A stretch of DNA of 64,000 nt, taken from IMG/VR virus record IMGVR_UViG_3300029906_000187, positions 537-64,536 of that record; one strand, given 5' to 3'. How positions within the stretch are numbered: the first letter of the stretch is position 1; every line of letters begins with the position of its first letter. Shown piece by piece: positions 37,113-45,801 of this stretch. The position numbers and the translations under genes are program-made. Source of the DNA: a virus. Below the pieces are notes generated by a model. It worked only from the letters and a program-made list of their open reading frames with translations. It made no database searches and was not told where the DNA came from.

Positions 37113-37285
37113 GTCCCCCGGAAGGATCGATTTTTCCCATTGATGGTAAACTCCGCCGTTTCCCTGCTTTGCAGCTTTGCGTTTGATATTTTCTCTCCAT
37201 CGGAAAATCCCAGCTCATAGGTCTGGCTCAAAAGATATTCCAATTCATCCTGCCCAATCAGAATTTTGCCGAAAATCTTTTTCAC
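37109..37285 (-). CDS. Hypothetical protein
   Basis: GGAGG RBS + GTG (MKKIFGKIL...). Confidence 0.5.
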   Translation of the reverse strand: MKKIFGKILIGQDELEYLLSQTYELGFSDGEKISNAKLQSRETAEFTINGKNRSFRGT

Positions 37286-37304
37286 AATGGGTTCCTCCTG
37301 TTTC

Positions 37305-38021
37305 TCACGCCAATCTGATCGTTCCGTTCGTTGAAAGATACGGCATGTTGTCAAAATCCGATGCGTTTTGCGGCTCGGTTGTGGCAAGCTCCAACGCCAA
37401 TGTCAGTTCCCTTCCGACATTTGTATCTCCGTCGTATACGGCTCTGCTTCCGCAGTCCGAGTGCTTGGACTTGGACATGAAGAATGTTCCGATTCCGTCC
37501 ATGTTCACGCCGTGAAAAGCCTCTATGAGCGCCTGCTCAATTGCTACCGCGCGGCTGTATGCATCCGTGCGCGTGTTCAGCTCATAGGTATAATGCGTCC
37601 AGATGTAAAAGCATACCGACACGGCAATTTTCATATCATCCTGCGACGGAACGGTTCTGCCGAGATAGACGTATACCCGCGTTTGCGCGTCGGTCTGTGA
37701 CGGCTTTGTCCATATCTGCGGAATCAACCGGTATCCCTTTGCCGTTGGAGGATTTTCCGGTGCGGATGGGTCAAACAGCACCGACATTTTCTGCGAGATG
37801 CTGGGAAGCTGTTCATTGAGGGGATTGGCACTGTCATAGTACAGATACTTCCAGAACCGGCAGCGGGAATATCGATTATTGTCCGGCGGAACATAGCCCT
37901 CCGACGGAGCGTCCAGAAGATAATTACAGATCTTCTTCGGAATCAGAACCGCCTCGGAGAGGTCGAAATACGAGTTTTGCGCCCGGATATACGGATACCA
38001 TTGGCTGTTGGGGTCTGTCAT
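37305..38021 (-). CDS. Virion neck/tail-terminator-like protein
   Basis: 238 aa; position only. Confidence 0.5.
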   Translation of the reverse strand: MTDPNSQWYPYIRAQNSYFDLSEAVLIPKKICNYLLDAPSEGYVPPDNNRYSRCRFWKYLYYDSANPLNEQLPSISQKMSVLFDPSAPENPPTAKGYRLIPQIWTKPSQTDAQTRVYVYLGRTVPSQDDMKIAVSVCFYIWTHYTYELNTRTDAYSRAVAIEQALIEAFHGVNMDGIGTFFMSKSKHSDCGSRAVYDGDTNVGRELTLALELATTEPQNASDFDNMPYLSTNGTIRLA

Positions 38022-38022
38022 T

Positions 38023-38589
38023 TCAGTTCTCCTCCCGTGTCGCCTGCTCCACCTCTCTACTCGGTTGCTGTTCCGCCTTGATTCTCTCCAATGCCGCCGA
38101 AATATTTTTCAGATTTTCCGGCGAGAACATCACCGAAAAGCCGTCCACCATGCGGAGAGCCGCGTCATTGTGATTGAGCTTTTCTCGGTTGATCACGCAG
38201 TCCACCATGCGGCAAAGCTCCCGATAGTCATTCAGTATCCGCACCGAAATGTCCCGCGTCTGCTCTTTTTTTCTGAATTTCTCCAATTCATACATCAGGT
38301 CTCCGAAGAAATAGCTGTCGTATGCCGCCTCATCAAACGGATTCGGCGTTTCAAGGCCGAAATAATATTCCAGAAAAACCTTTGCAAGGCAAAGCCGTTT
38401 CATTACAAAATTTTCGGACACCATCATCGGTATCGTAAGCGCCCGGTATGGCTGTGCGTTTGCTCGCGGCGCAGAGACTTCCTCCAAGCATTTTTCCGCA
38501 ATCGCTTCTGCAATTGCCTGCTTTTCGGCAATTGGGATGTAGGTTTTTGCGGCGAGCAGCATATGTTCTGTAATTTCGAAGGGTTTCAT
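38023..38589 (-). CDS. Hypothetical virion-module protein
   Basis: 188 aa; AAGGA RBS. Confidence 0.65.
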   Translation of the reverse strand: MKPFEITEHMLLAAKTYIPIAEKQAIAEAIAEKCLEEVSAPRANAQPYRALTIPMMVSENFVMKRLCLAKVFLEYYFGLETPNPFDEAAYDSYFFGDLMYELEKFRKKEQTRDISVRILNDYRELCRMVDCVINREKLNHNDAALRMVDGFSVMFSPENLKNISAALERIKAEQQPSREVEQATREEN

Positions 38590-38618
38590 TGTTTTGTTCC
38601 TTTCCTTGAAAATGGATA

Positions 38619-39347
38619 TTATATCGGCGGTTGCGGCGGATTGATTTGTTTCTCGTACACCACCTGCTCCAACCGTCGCATCGCTCCGGCCAGTTTTCGC
38701 TCCATCTGCTCCAAGCGCTCATTTCCGGAACGCATACGGTTTGCCCGGTTCTGCTCATAAAAGGACTGATCCTCCACCTTGTCCACATAAGAAAGATAAT
38801 CGTTTTCAAAGCGGGTGGTCCATCCGATCTCAAAGCACATGCCGAGCACCGTCATAATTCCAGGAGACAGATCGTTTGCAAAATACCCGTCGGTGTAGAA
38901 ATCAAAATCAAATACAGTGCCTTTTGCAATCGGATTTTCCGCATCCACTGCAATGGTAACGGTTCCTGTTTCTGACTGATATTGGGCAATGTCGGTTGGA
39001 ATTGCGGTGACCGTTCCTGTTGCCGAATACGTGAGAATCCGGCAGGCAAACAGCTCATAGCCGATATAATCCGCACCAAGGTTTACAACAATCGGTTCGG
39101 TCGTGTCAGTCTGCACCGTGTAGGAGCTGCTTGCAAATTGCGGTTCGGTCAGCTTGGGATTTTGTGCTGTTCCATAGAGATATTCGGGCATGTCTGTCGG
39201 GATATTGAACCGCGCCATCTGGGGGTAAAGATACCCCCAGAGTTTTCTTGCGTAAAGCGGCGGGTCGGTCACGGACAGTTCATTGAGCCGAATATCGTCG
39301 ATGTACGGCGCACAGTATTCGGTCAGGACTTTCAGAATCGGCGTCAC
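38619..39347 (-). CDS. Head-tail adaptor-like protein
   Basis: 242 aa, second gene after the capsid; position. Confidence 0.5.
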   Translation of the reverse strand: MTPILKVLTEYCAPYIDDIRLNELSVTDPPLYARKLWGYLYPQMARFNIPTDMPEYLYGTAQNPKLTEPQFASSSYTVQTDTTEPIVVNLGADYIGYELFACRILTYSATGTVTAIPTDIAQYQSETGTVTIAVDAENPIAKGTVFDFDFYTDGYFANDLSPGIMTVLGMCFEIGWTTRFENDYLSYVDKVEDQSFYEQNRANRMRSGNERLEQMERKLAGAMRRLEQVVYEKQINPPQPPI

Positions 39348-39367
39348 GTCGCACCTTCCTTTCCATA

Positions 39368-39985
39368 TCAGCCTTCCTCGCTGGAAAGTTTTTGACCGAT
39401 GTCATCCAGCATATGGCGGAACAATCCTTTTTTGTCCACGCTTCTGGACATGTTGTTCAGCGTTTTCAGCGTGTCCACATCGATTGTCGAACTTCCTTTC
39501 TCGAAATACTCGGATTCAATGGTATTGGCAAAGGTTTTCTTATGCCACTCACATAGATTACCGAAAATCGAAATCAGATCCTGCGGCGGCAGTTTACACA
39601 GATTTGCATAAACCCGCTCGGTCATCAGCTCGCCGTCTCTGTATTTCACTCCGTAACGCTCCATCTCCTCCTCGGTCAGCCCGTTCAGTACAATCAGTTT
39701 CCGCTTCTCCAGCCGTTTTTCCATCCGGTAATCAATCCCCTGCAAGAATTTCTCCTTGGGAATTTTCAGGGTGCCTCCGGATCGGTTGATCTTTCCCCAA
39801 TCCCCCAAATCCAGCACGGTTCTCGGAGCCATCGGACCGATATAGGTAACCGTGACATATTCTTCTGTTTTCACATGAATCACGTTCCCGGTCTTTGATT
39901 CGGCAAGCGCCTTTGCGACCGCCTCCGCAATCATCTTCTGTACTTCGTCTCTTGAGAAATTTTCTTTCTTTTCTTTTTCTGCCAT
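39368..39985 (-). CDS. Hypothetical protein after the capsid gene
   Basis: 205 aa. Confidence 0.65.
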   Translation of the reverse strand: MAEKEKKENFSRDEVQKMIAEAVAKALAESKTGNVIHVKTEEYVTVTYIGPMAPRTVLDLGDWGKINRSGGTLKIPKEKFLQGIDYRMEKRLEKRKLIVLNGLTEEEMERYGVKYRDGELMTERVYANLCKLPPQDLISIFGNLCEWHKKTFANTIESEYFEKGSSTIDVDTLKTLNNMSRSVDKKGLFRHMLDDIGQKLSSEEG

Positions 39986-40021
39986 TTCCCGATTCCGTCC
40001 TTTTCCCGATTATTTTTTATG

Positions 40022-41263
40022 TCAAGATCCCTGAATCACGCCAACTTTGCTCGCGAACACTGGCTTGATGTCAAACAGCGCGGTCATATTGACATTGATC
40101 GTGCGGTCTGCGGTCTGGGCGGGAGACATCGAGATGGTAAAGGGCGTTCCCTCCGCAAATACGCCGAAGATGGGCGCATAGCCGTAACCTGCCTTGGCGG
40201 TGATGTAAATATCGTCTCCAAAATCAATGGTCTGCAGCGTGCTGTTCTGCGTTCCGGGTACAATGACCGGAACCACTTCAAAGAGCTGCACACCTGCCGC
40301 GTTCGGGAGATATCCTCTCTCGAACCACTCTTTTCCGAGACCGTACTGCAGCCCGGTAATCGCTCCGGTCGTGCCGTCCACAGGAAGCACCTGCGAGAGC
40401 GCGCCAATGCTGCCATAGGCAATCAAGTCGTTTCTGCTTACGCCGTTCGCCGCGGCGACCAGTGTGCTGATCTCGGCCCAGTTGGACGAGTTGTAAGAGG
40501 TGGCAGTCAGTTTGTCGAGAATCATCCCATTATCAAGCGCCGCCTTCATATCCTGCATCATCATGGCATAGCACTTGTTCATCAGGCCGAAGCCCATTGC
40601 CGCATAATGATAGCCGGCGTCTCCGTTCACCCAATCCTGAAAGCCCTTGATCGTAAAGTTGCAGGTGTAGGTTTTCGGGGTCATCGTGATGGTCTTTGCG
40701 TACATGTAGTTCTTTGGCGTGCTGTTGGACGAGCCGGGCGCGGAATCCTGCCACAGGAACACATCGTTGGATTTGACGTCGATCTCCACCGTGCCGCCGA
40801 CCGGAGCCGAGTACCACTGAATCAATCCACCGGATGTAAAATCATCGAACACAGTGAACATCAGAGGATTCACAACCTCGTTTTCAATGGCCGCCATCGT
40901 ATTCAGAAAGATCAGATCGCCGTTCAGACTATGATCCTTCTTGACCGTTTCGAGGTCGGGTGCATCTTTGCCAAGCACTTTATATGCCTGTGCGGCGCAG
41001 AAAAGCAGTTTCTTTTCATCATGCTTCTGGGCCAACTCCTGATAATCCACACCCTTCGCGTCCAGCATGGAATTATATTTATCACTGGAAAGGCGCGGCA
41101 TCGCGTTCAGACGCCTCCCCGCATATTCGCAATAGAGCAGCCGTCCAGTTGCGATGAGCTCGTTGCGGGAAATATCCCCGACGCCGTTCACGCGGACTTT
41201 GGAATCGTTCGCGCTCTTTGCCACAAAAAGGTCTCTGTTGACCGAGTTCAGTTTCAGTGCCAT
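40022..41263 (-). CDS. Major capsid protein
   Basis: 413 aa; follows protease/scaffold and decoration genes. Confidence 0.8.
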   Translation of the reverse strand: MALKLNSVNRDLFVAKSANDSKVRVNGVGDISRNELIATGRLLYCEYAGRRLNAMPRLSSDKYNSMLDAKGVDYQELAQKHDEKKLLFCAAQAYKVLGKDAPDLETVKKDHSLNGDLIFLNTMAAIENEVVNPLMFTVFDDFTSGGLIQWYSAPVGGTVEIDVKSNDVFLWQDSAPGSSNSTPKNYMYAKTITMTPKTYTCNFTIKGFQDWVNGDAGYHYAAMGFGLMNKCYAMMMQDMKAALDNGMILDKLTATSYNSSNWAEISTLVAAANGVSRNDLIAYGSIGALSQVLPVDGTTGAITGLQYGLGKEWFERGYLPNAAGVQLFEVVPVIVPGTQNSTLQTIDFGDDIYITAKAGYGYAPIFGVFAEGTPFTISMSPAQTADRTINVNMTALFDIKPVFASKVGVIQGS

Positions 41264-41285
41264 TTTTCAAATTCCTCCCTATTCA

Positions 41286-41918
41286 TTATTCGGAAGCCGC
41301 TTCAGCGGTTCGCTTTGCGACGAGTACATATCCGGTCTGTCCCAGCCATACACCTTCATTCACCGGTTTTGAATAGAGAAACTCAAAGTAAACGCCGGTG
41401 CCCGCTGCGGGAACCGTAGACGAGGCGGTCAGCAGACCATTGGCAATGGTGCAGTATTTATTGGTGGACGTCGGTGCGGTGCCTCCGGTAAAATTTCCGC
41501 TTCCCCAAGCATAGGTCTCACCGATCATCAGTTCAAAGAAATTTTCCCGTTCTCCGCTGGGAATGCCAAGGCCCAGCGTATCACTGCCGAGATTGTAGCT
41601 CAATTTGCCACTTGTAACCTTGTTCACGTCATAGGTATTGGCAACATAAATGCCGGTGTGGTCGCCATAGGCTCCCCCGGAGGTACCGTTTGCGGCATCC
41701 ACAAAGTACCACGTGTTGCCGTTGAGAATCGGTGGAGTGAGATCTTCATAGCCACGCAAAGGGATCAGACTGTTCTTTACAACAAGCCTGCCAGCGTCGC
41801 AGTCGGCAGGAGTAAAGCTGCCGGAGAAGGTGCCGTACATGCCGGGCACGTTCTGGGTCTGATTGTGTACGCTGTTGGACACAATCACTTCAAACATCGT
41901 GTTTGCGGTATAAGCCAT
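41286..41918 (-). CDS. Capsid decoration/auxiliary protein
   Basis: 210 aa, Gly/Thr-rich, between scaffold and MCP. Confidence 0.55.
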   Translation of the reverse strand: MAYTANTMFEVIVSNSVHNQTQNVPGMYGTFSGSFTPADCDAGRLVVKNSLIPLRGYEDLTPPILNGNTWYFVDAANGTSGGAYGDHTGIYVANTYDVNKVTSGKLSYNLGSDTLGLGIPSGERENFFELMIGETYAWGSGNFTGGTAPTSTNKYCTIANGLLTASSTVPAAGTGVYFEFLYSKPVNEGVWLGQTGYVLVAKRTAEAASE

Positions 41919-41934
41919 TGTTGTGTTCTCCTTT

Positions 41935-43290
41935 TCACTTCAGAATATTTGCGATTGCGGAATCGATTTTATCGCTGGGTTCATTTTCATGGGTAGCGAC
42001 GTCCCATGCCATTTTCCGAATGGGCTTTTGAGATGCAAGCAGCTTGTCCATGCAAAGCGCATCTACATCCCCTTTTGCCTTCTCTGCCCCATAGAAGCGA
42101 CCGTTACAGTCCTCCAGCGCGGCATATTCGGAAATTTTCTCCTCGGTCATCAGCCCGTCGCACTCATTCCCAACAAAATTAACATTGGGATTGGACTTGC
42201 TGATTTCCTCAAAGCGTTTTTGAATGATTTCCTTCACGCTTTCCACACGGCGCTGACGCTCCTGCTTCTGCATCGTGTCGAGAGATTTTTCCACGGCCTC
42301 CCGGTTGGTTTTTTCCTTCTCCAGATCGGCCTTCAGCGCCTCGCACTGCCGGGTCAAGGCGTCGGTGACGGCATCCATTTGCAGTTCCATCGACCGATCC
42401 CCATCGGAAAAGGTGATCACGGCATTTGCCTCCAGCTTCGCGCCTACCACAATTTCATCACCGTTTTTGGATGCGGTGGAGAGGTAGGGCACGCCGTTAT
42501 CTGAAAGCAGCGCCACGTTGTCCTCATTCACAGCGAGTACCTTGAACCCGGCGAAATGAGGCTCCAGATCTTTCAATTTGATCTTCATCGTTGGTTTTTC
42601 TCCTTTATCTTTTTTATTTTTTTCCTGTGTATCGGAATAGACGGAGGCCACATAAAGTTTTGTGTTCTTCCGTAGCTCCTCTACCCCGTTCACAGACAAG
42701 GTACGAATGTACGCTCCTGCGACGGCTTCTGTCACGCCATCGCCCAAAATGGTGACGCCGAGTGGGATATACTCTTCGTATACCTCGTCACCGTCCTCGT
42801 CGGAGCTCATTTTTTCAATCAGCGTTTCCACACTGACCTGCTGGCCGTCCAGCCCTTGCTTTTTGAGCTTTTCAATCAGTTCGCGCGCATACCATTTCCA
42901 AATCTTTCCCCTTGCAACAAGCCATTCGGTTCCGTCGCGGACGTCAATACGCAGGTCATCTACAGATGGGATATACCCATAAATATGCTCGGCGCCCTTT
43001 TTGAGAAACGATGCGTATGTATCTCCGTTTTCGGCTTTTACTTCGGTAAAGTTATGACCACTGTGCCTGCCAAGCTCTCCGTCCACATAGGCTGCAAGAA
43101 TCGGAATGCCCGCAAACATCGGCAGGTGACGCTCCATGTTTCGGTAGGTTCCTTTATTTCTGGTTTTCTTTTCGTTGAGAAACCACAGCTCCACATCCTG
43201 CATCCGGTCGTCGTAGGTGGACAAGACCTTCAGCGTTCCGGGCACCGAAGCAATTTTGTTTTGTTCGGATACGGTTTTGAATTTTTTCAC
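41935..43290 (-). CDS. Prohead protease/scaffold fusion
   Basis: AGIPIL...WLVARGKIWKWY...QVSVE...GVTILG...AVAGA; C-terminal coiled coil. Confidence 0.7.
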   Translation of the reverse strand: MKKFKTVSEQNKIASVPGTLKVLSTYDDRMQDVELWFLNEKKTRNKGTYRNMERHLPMFAGIPILAAYVDGELGRHSGHNFTEVKAENGDTYASFLKKGAEHIYGYIPSVDDLRIDVRDGTEWLVARGKIWKWYARELIEKLKKQGLDGQQVSVETLIEKMSSDEDGDEVYEEYIPLGVTILGDGVTEAVAGAYIRTLSVNGVEELRKNTKLYVASVYSDTQEKNKKDKGEKPTMKIKLKDLEPHFAGFKVLAVNEDNVALLSDNGVPYLSTASKNGDEIVVGAKLEANAVITFSDGDRSMELQMDAVTDALTRQCEALKADLEKEKTNREAVEKSLDTMQKQERQRRVESVKEIIQKRFEEISKSNPNVNFVGNECDGLMTEEKISEYAALEDCNGRFYGAEKAKGDVDALCMDKLLASQKPIRKMAWDVATHENEPSDKIDSAIANILK

Positions 43291-43296
43291 ACAGAA

Positions 43297-43833
43297 TCAG
43301 TCCTCCTTCCCTTCCAGATATTCTTCGCAAAGCCCATCAAACGAGGTTTTACTTCCGCCGTCTGTGTCCCATCGCGCCCACAGTTCCAGAAACACCGTAT
43401 AATCGTTGGAGTTCTTCACCATCAGATCTTCTGTTTTCAGCGCAAGCGGCAACAGATTGGCTTGATTGGCTGCGTTGCGAAATGACATCAGTGCTTCCTG
43501 TATGTGGTCAAACACTCGAATCAGTAAGGTAAATACACCGTCGATATCCGAAACCTCATCCTCCAGCGCAAGCTCCTCCACTGTCGGATAAAGCTGCATC
43601 AGATGGCGCTGGTGCAGAACATCGCCAAATTCATCGAGATACTCCAGTTGCTTATGCGCATTCTCGTGAATGAGACGGGAAAGATTCGGCATCCCCTGCA
43701 CGATATATACATATTCCTTGAGTTGGTCCAACCACTTGTTCCCTTCTCCGTATGCGCGACTGACCGCACGGGAAGGCTCGTGCAACAGGTTGTAAGGCGG
43801 GGACATGTAGTTATAAATATCCTTGATTCGCAT
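43297..43833 (-). CDS. Ferritin-like four-helix protein
   Basis: IHENAHKQLEYLDEFGDVLHQRH; acidic and helical. Confidence 0.5.
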   Translation of the reverse strand: MRIKDIYNYMSPPYNLLHEPSRAVSRAYGEGNKWLDQLKEYVYIVQGMPNLSRLIHENAHKQLEYLDEFGDVLHQRHLMQLYPTVEELALEDEVSDIDGVFTLLIRVFDHIQEALMSFRNAANQANLLPLALKTEDLMVKNSNDYTVFLELWARWDTDGGSKTSFDGLCEEYLEGKED

Positions 43834-44319
43834 TTAGTCTCCTTTCTCCGGCGGAACCGGGAATGTCACATCGTATGGGAAGCCCTCTTGCTGTGGGATG
43901 TCACGGAGGGCTTGGCGGTATTTCGCCATGGGGCCAAAGACGGCGGATGCAATGGTTTTCAAAAAGCCGATCCATGCGGTAAATGTGGAGCCTTCCGGGG
44001 ATGTTATCCCCAGCCGGTCAAGGCACATCTCCTTGTCCGTTTCTGCCAGCAGCGCGTCGCGCTTGGCACGTACCTCCGCGGCCAGTCTGGCATATTCTGC
44101 ATTTCTGGCCGATGTCATCCACGCATCCAGTGTTTTCTGTACATTTTCCAGCAGGTTATCCCGATACGGTACCGGCATCCGGTATTCGTCGTACTGGTAC
44201 ATTGTCGCGCCCTCCCGCGTTTCCTCTGTGATGTTCTCCCGCAGGATTACTTCCGCGATCCCGTTTGCGGCAATCTCGATTTCCGCCGCCTCCGGTCTGA
44301 TGTTGCTTTCTGTCCTCAT
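43834..44319 (-). CDS. Fibre assembly chaperone-like protein
   Basis: VRAKRDALLAETD...YRQALRDIPQQEGFPYDVTFP. Confidence 0.75.
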   Translation of the reverse strand: MRTESNIRPEAAEIEIAANGIAEVILRENITEETREGATMYQYDEYRMPVPYRDNLLENVQKTLDAWMTSARNAEYARLAAEVRAKRDALLAETDKEMCLDRLGITSPEGSTFTAWIGFLKTIASAVFGPMAKYRQALRDIPQQEGFPYDVTFPVPPEKGD

Positions 44320-45343
44320 TTCTGATTGCCTCCTTCAGCTTTTTGATATTGATGTATGGCCTGATATATTTGGCATAATATTTGCGCGAATCGCTGTGAC
44401 GAATCCAGCCGAGATAAGACAGGACGGCACGTGCGTCCCGCACCGGAATGGTTTTCTTCTTCCGCATTTTGGAGATTCGCCGCCGGATGCGGAGCGCGTT
44501 TTTTCTCCGCAATGTCGTTTTGTTTCTGTAAAAGCGGAAGCCGAGCATATCGACCGGACGGGAATCCACCCGGAACACCTGCCAGTTTTCTTTCAGTGTC
44601 AGAGAAAGCGGCGCGATATATTCCGCGATCTGCCGGCGCACCCGGTGCAATTCCTTTTTATTGCGTCCGAACAGCACCATGTCATCCATATACCGCAGAT
44701 AATATTTGACGTGCAGCTTTTCCTTGATATAGTGATCCAGTCCCTCCAGATAGAAATTTGCCCACCACTGCGAGGTGTAATTTCCGATTGGAAGTCCTTG
44801 GCGATGACTGTCGATAATGACGTCGATCAGCCAAAGCACGTCTGCATCCTTGATTTTTCTGCGAAACACTGTTTTCAGTACATCCTGATTGATCGATGGA
44901 TAATATTTTTTTATGTCCAGCTTCAGGCAGTACTTTGTGTTTTTGCGGTCTCTGCGCATCCATCGCTCGATATACCGTTTCCCGTAACCGATTCCGCGGC
45001 CGGGAATGCTGCCGCAGCAGAATACGTACATGCCGCGTTGGAGCACCGTCTGCGTGACTTGTATCAGCGCCCAGTGGATAATCTGATCCGGGTAAAACGC
45101 CGGGCAGAAGATTGTCCGCTCCTTCTGCGTCGCTCCGTCTTTGATAACAAATGTTCGGTATGGCTTCGGTCGGTATTGCTTTGTCACCAGCATACCCCGT
45201 ATTGCTTCCGCGGCTTCCTGCTTATGCTCCATCACGTTGCACACGACGCGCCGATGTTTCTTTCCTTTCGCAGCATTTTCGATTGCCCGGAATATATTAT
45301 CAAGGTCGCAAATCTTTTCAAACAGATGGCCTTCCCGTTTCAT
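44156..45343 (-). CDS. DGR reverse transcriptase
   Basis: KGK, K.R.I, LKLDIKKYYPSI, GLPIGNYTSQWWAN (DGR-type SQ), YLRYMDD; 3' end overlaps the next gene. Confidence 0.95.
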   Translation of the reverse strand: MKREGHLFEKICDLDNIFRAIENAAKGKKHRRVVCNVMEHKQEAAEAIRGMLVTKQYRPKPYRTFVIKDGATQKERTIFCPAFYPDQIIHWALIQVTQTVLQRGMYVFCCGSIPGRGIGYGKRYIERWMRRDRKNTKYCLKLDIKKYYPSINQDVLKTVFRRKIKDADVLWLIDVIIDSHRQGLPIGNYTSQWWANFYLEGLDHYIKEKLHVKYYLRYMDDMVLFGRNKKELHRVRRQIAEYIAPLSLTLKENWQVFRVDSRPVDMLGFRFYRNKTTLRRKNALRIRRRISKMRKKKTIPVRDARAVLSYLGWIRHSDSRKYYAKYIRPYINIKKLKEAIRNEDRKQHQTGGGGNRDCRKRDRGSNPAGEHHRGNAGGRDNVPVRRIPDAGTVSG

Positions 45344-45460
45344 GTTTCCTTCTTTCTTATATCTTCAGGGTTTTCAATGATTTACTTGCCCCGACCGTAG
45401 CGATTGATTTTTGCCAAGCGGCAAGGAATACAGCGTGCAAGGGAAATTTGACAGGCAATA

Positions 45461-45576
45461 TAAGATAGACGCGCGCGGTTGTTGACGCTCGTACTCGACG
45501 GGGCGTTGTTGCAATTCCAGTAACATGGCCCGGCGTTCGAGCCATTGTTCCAGTTGCCGCCGACCTGCGCCGCGCG
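45461..45576 (-). repeat. DGR template repeat (TR)
   Basis: AAC/AAT-rich 116-bp copy of the target 3' end, upstream of RT. Confidence 0.95.
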
Positions 45577-45632
45577 CTCTGCACGCCGTACCCCCAAAGT
45601 ATAAGGGAAACAGTTTTCCTGCATTTGGTTTT

Positions 45633-45750
45633 ATATAAGAAAGACGCGCGCGGGCAGTGACGCCACCCACCGACGGGGCGTCATAGCAATGCCAGTAACA
45701 CGGCCCGGCGTACGAGCCGCTGCCCCAGCCGCCGCCGACCCGCGCCGCGC
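45633..45750 (-). repeat. Extra, intergenic VR-like copy (VR2)
   Basis: Versus TR: 18 mismatches at TR adenines and 7 at non-A positions (hand alignment). Confidence 0.9.
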
Positions 45751-45774
45751 TCACGCTGTATCCCTGTTGTTTTC

Positions 45775-45791
45775 GGGGGCTGACCGCCCCC
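45775..45791 (-). promoter_or_regulatory. DGR cis-acting hairpin after the target stop
   Basis: GGGGGC-N5-GCCCCC, about 10 bp after TAA. Confidence 0.8.
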
Positions 45792-45801
45792 AAACCCCCG
45801 T

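Noticed and set aside
43297-43833. Four-helix protein as the missing Avd
   Set aside because: 178 aa and acidic, whereas Avd is smaller and basic; separated from TR by RT and the chaperone
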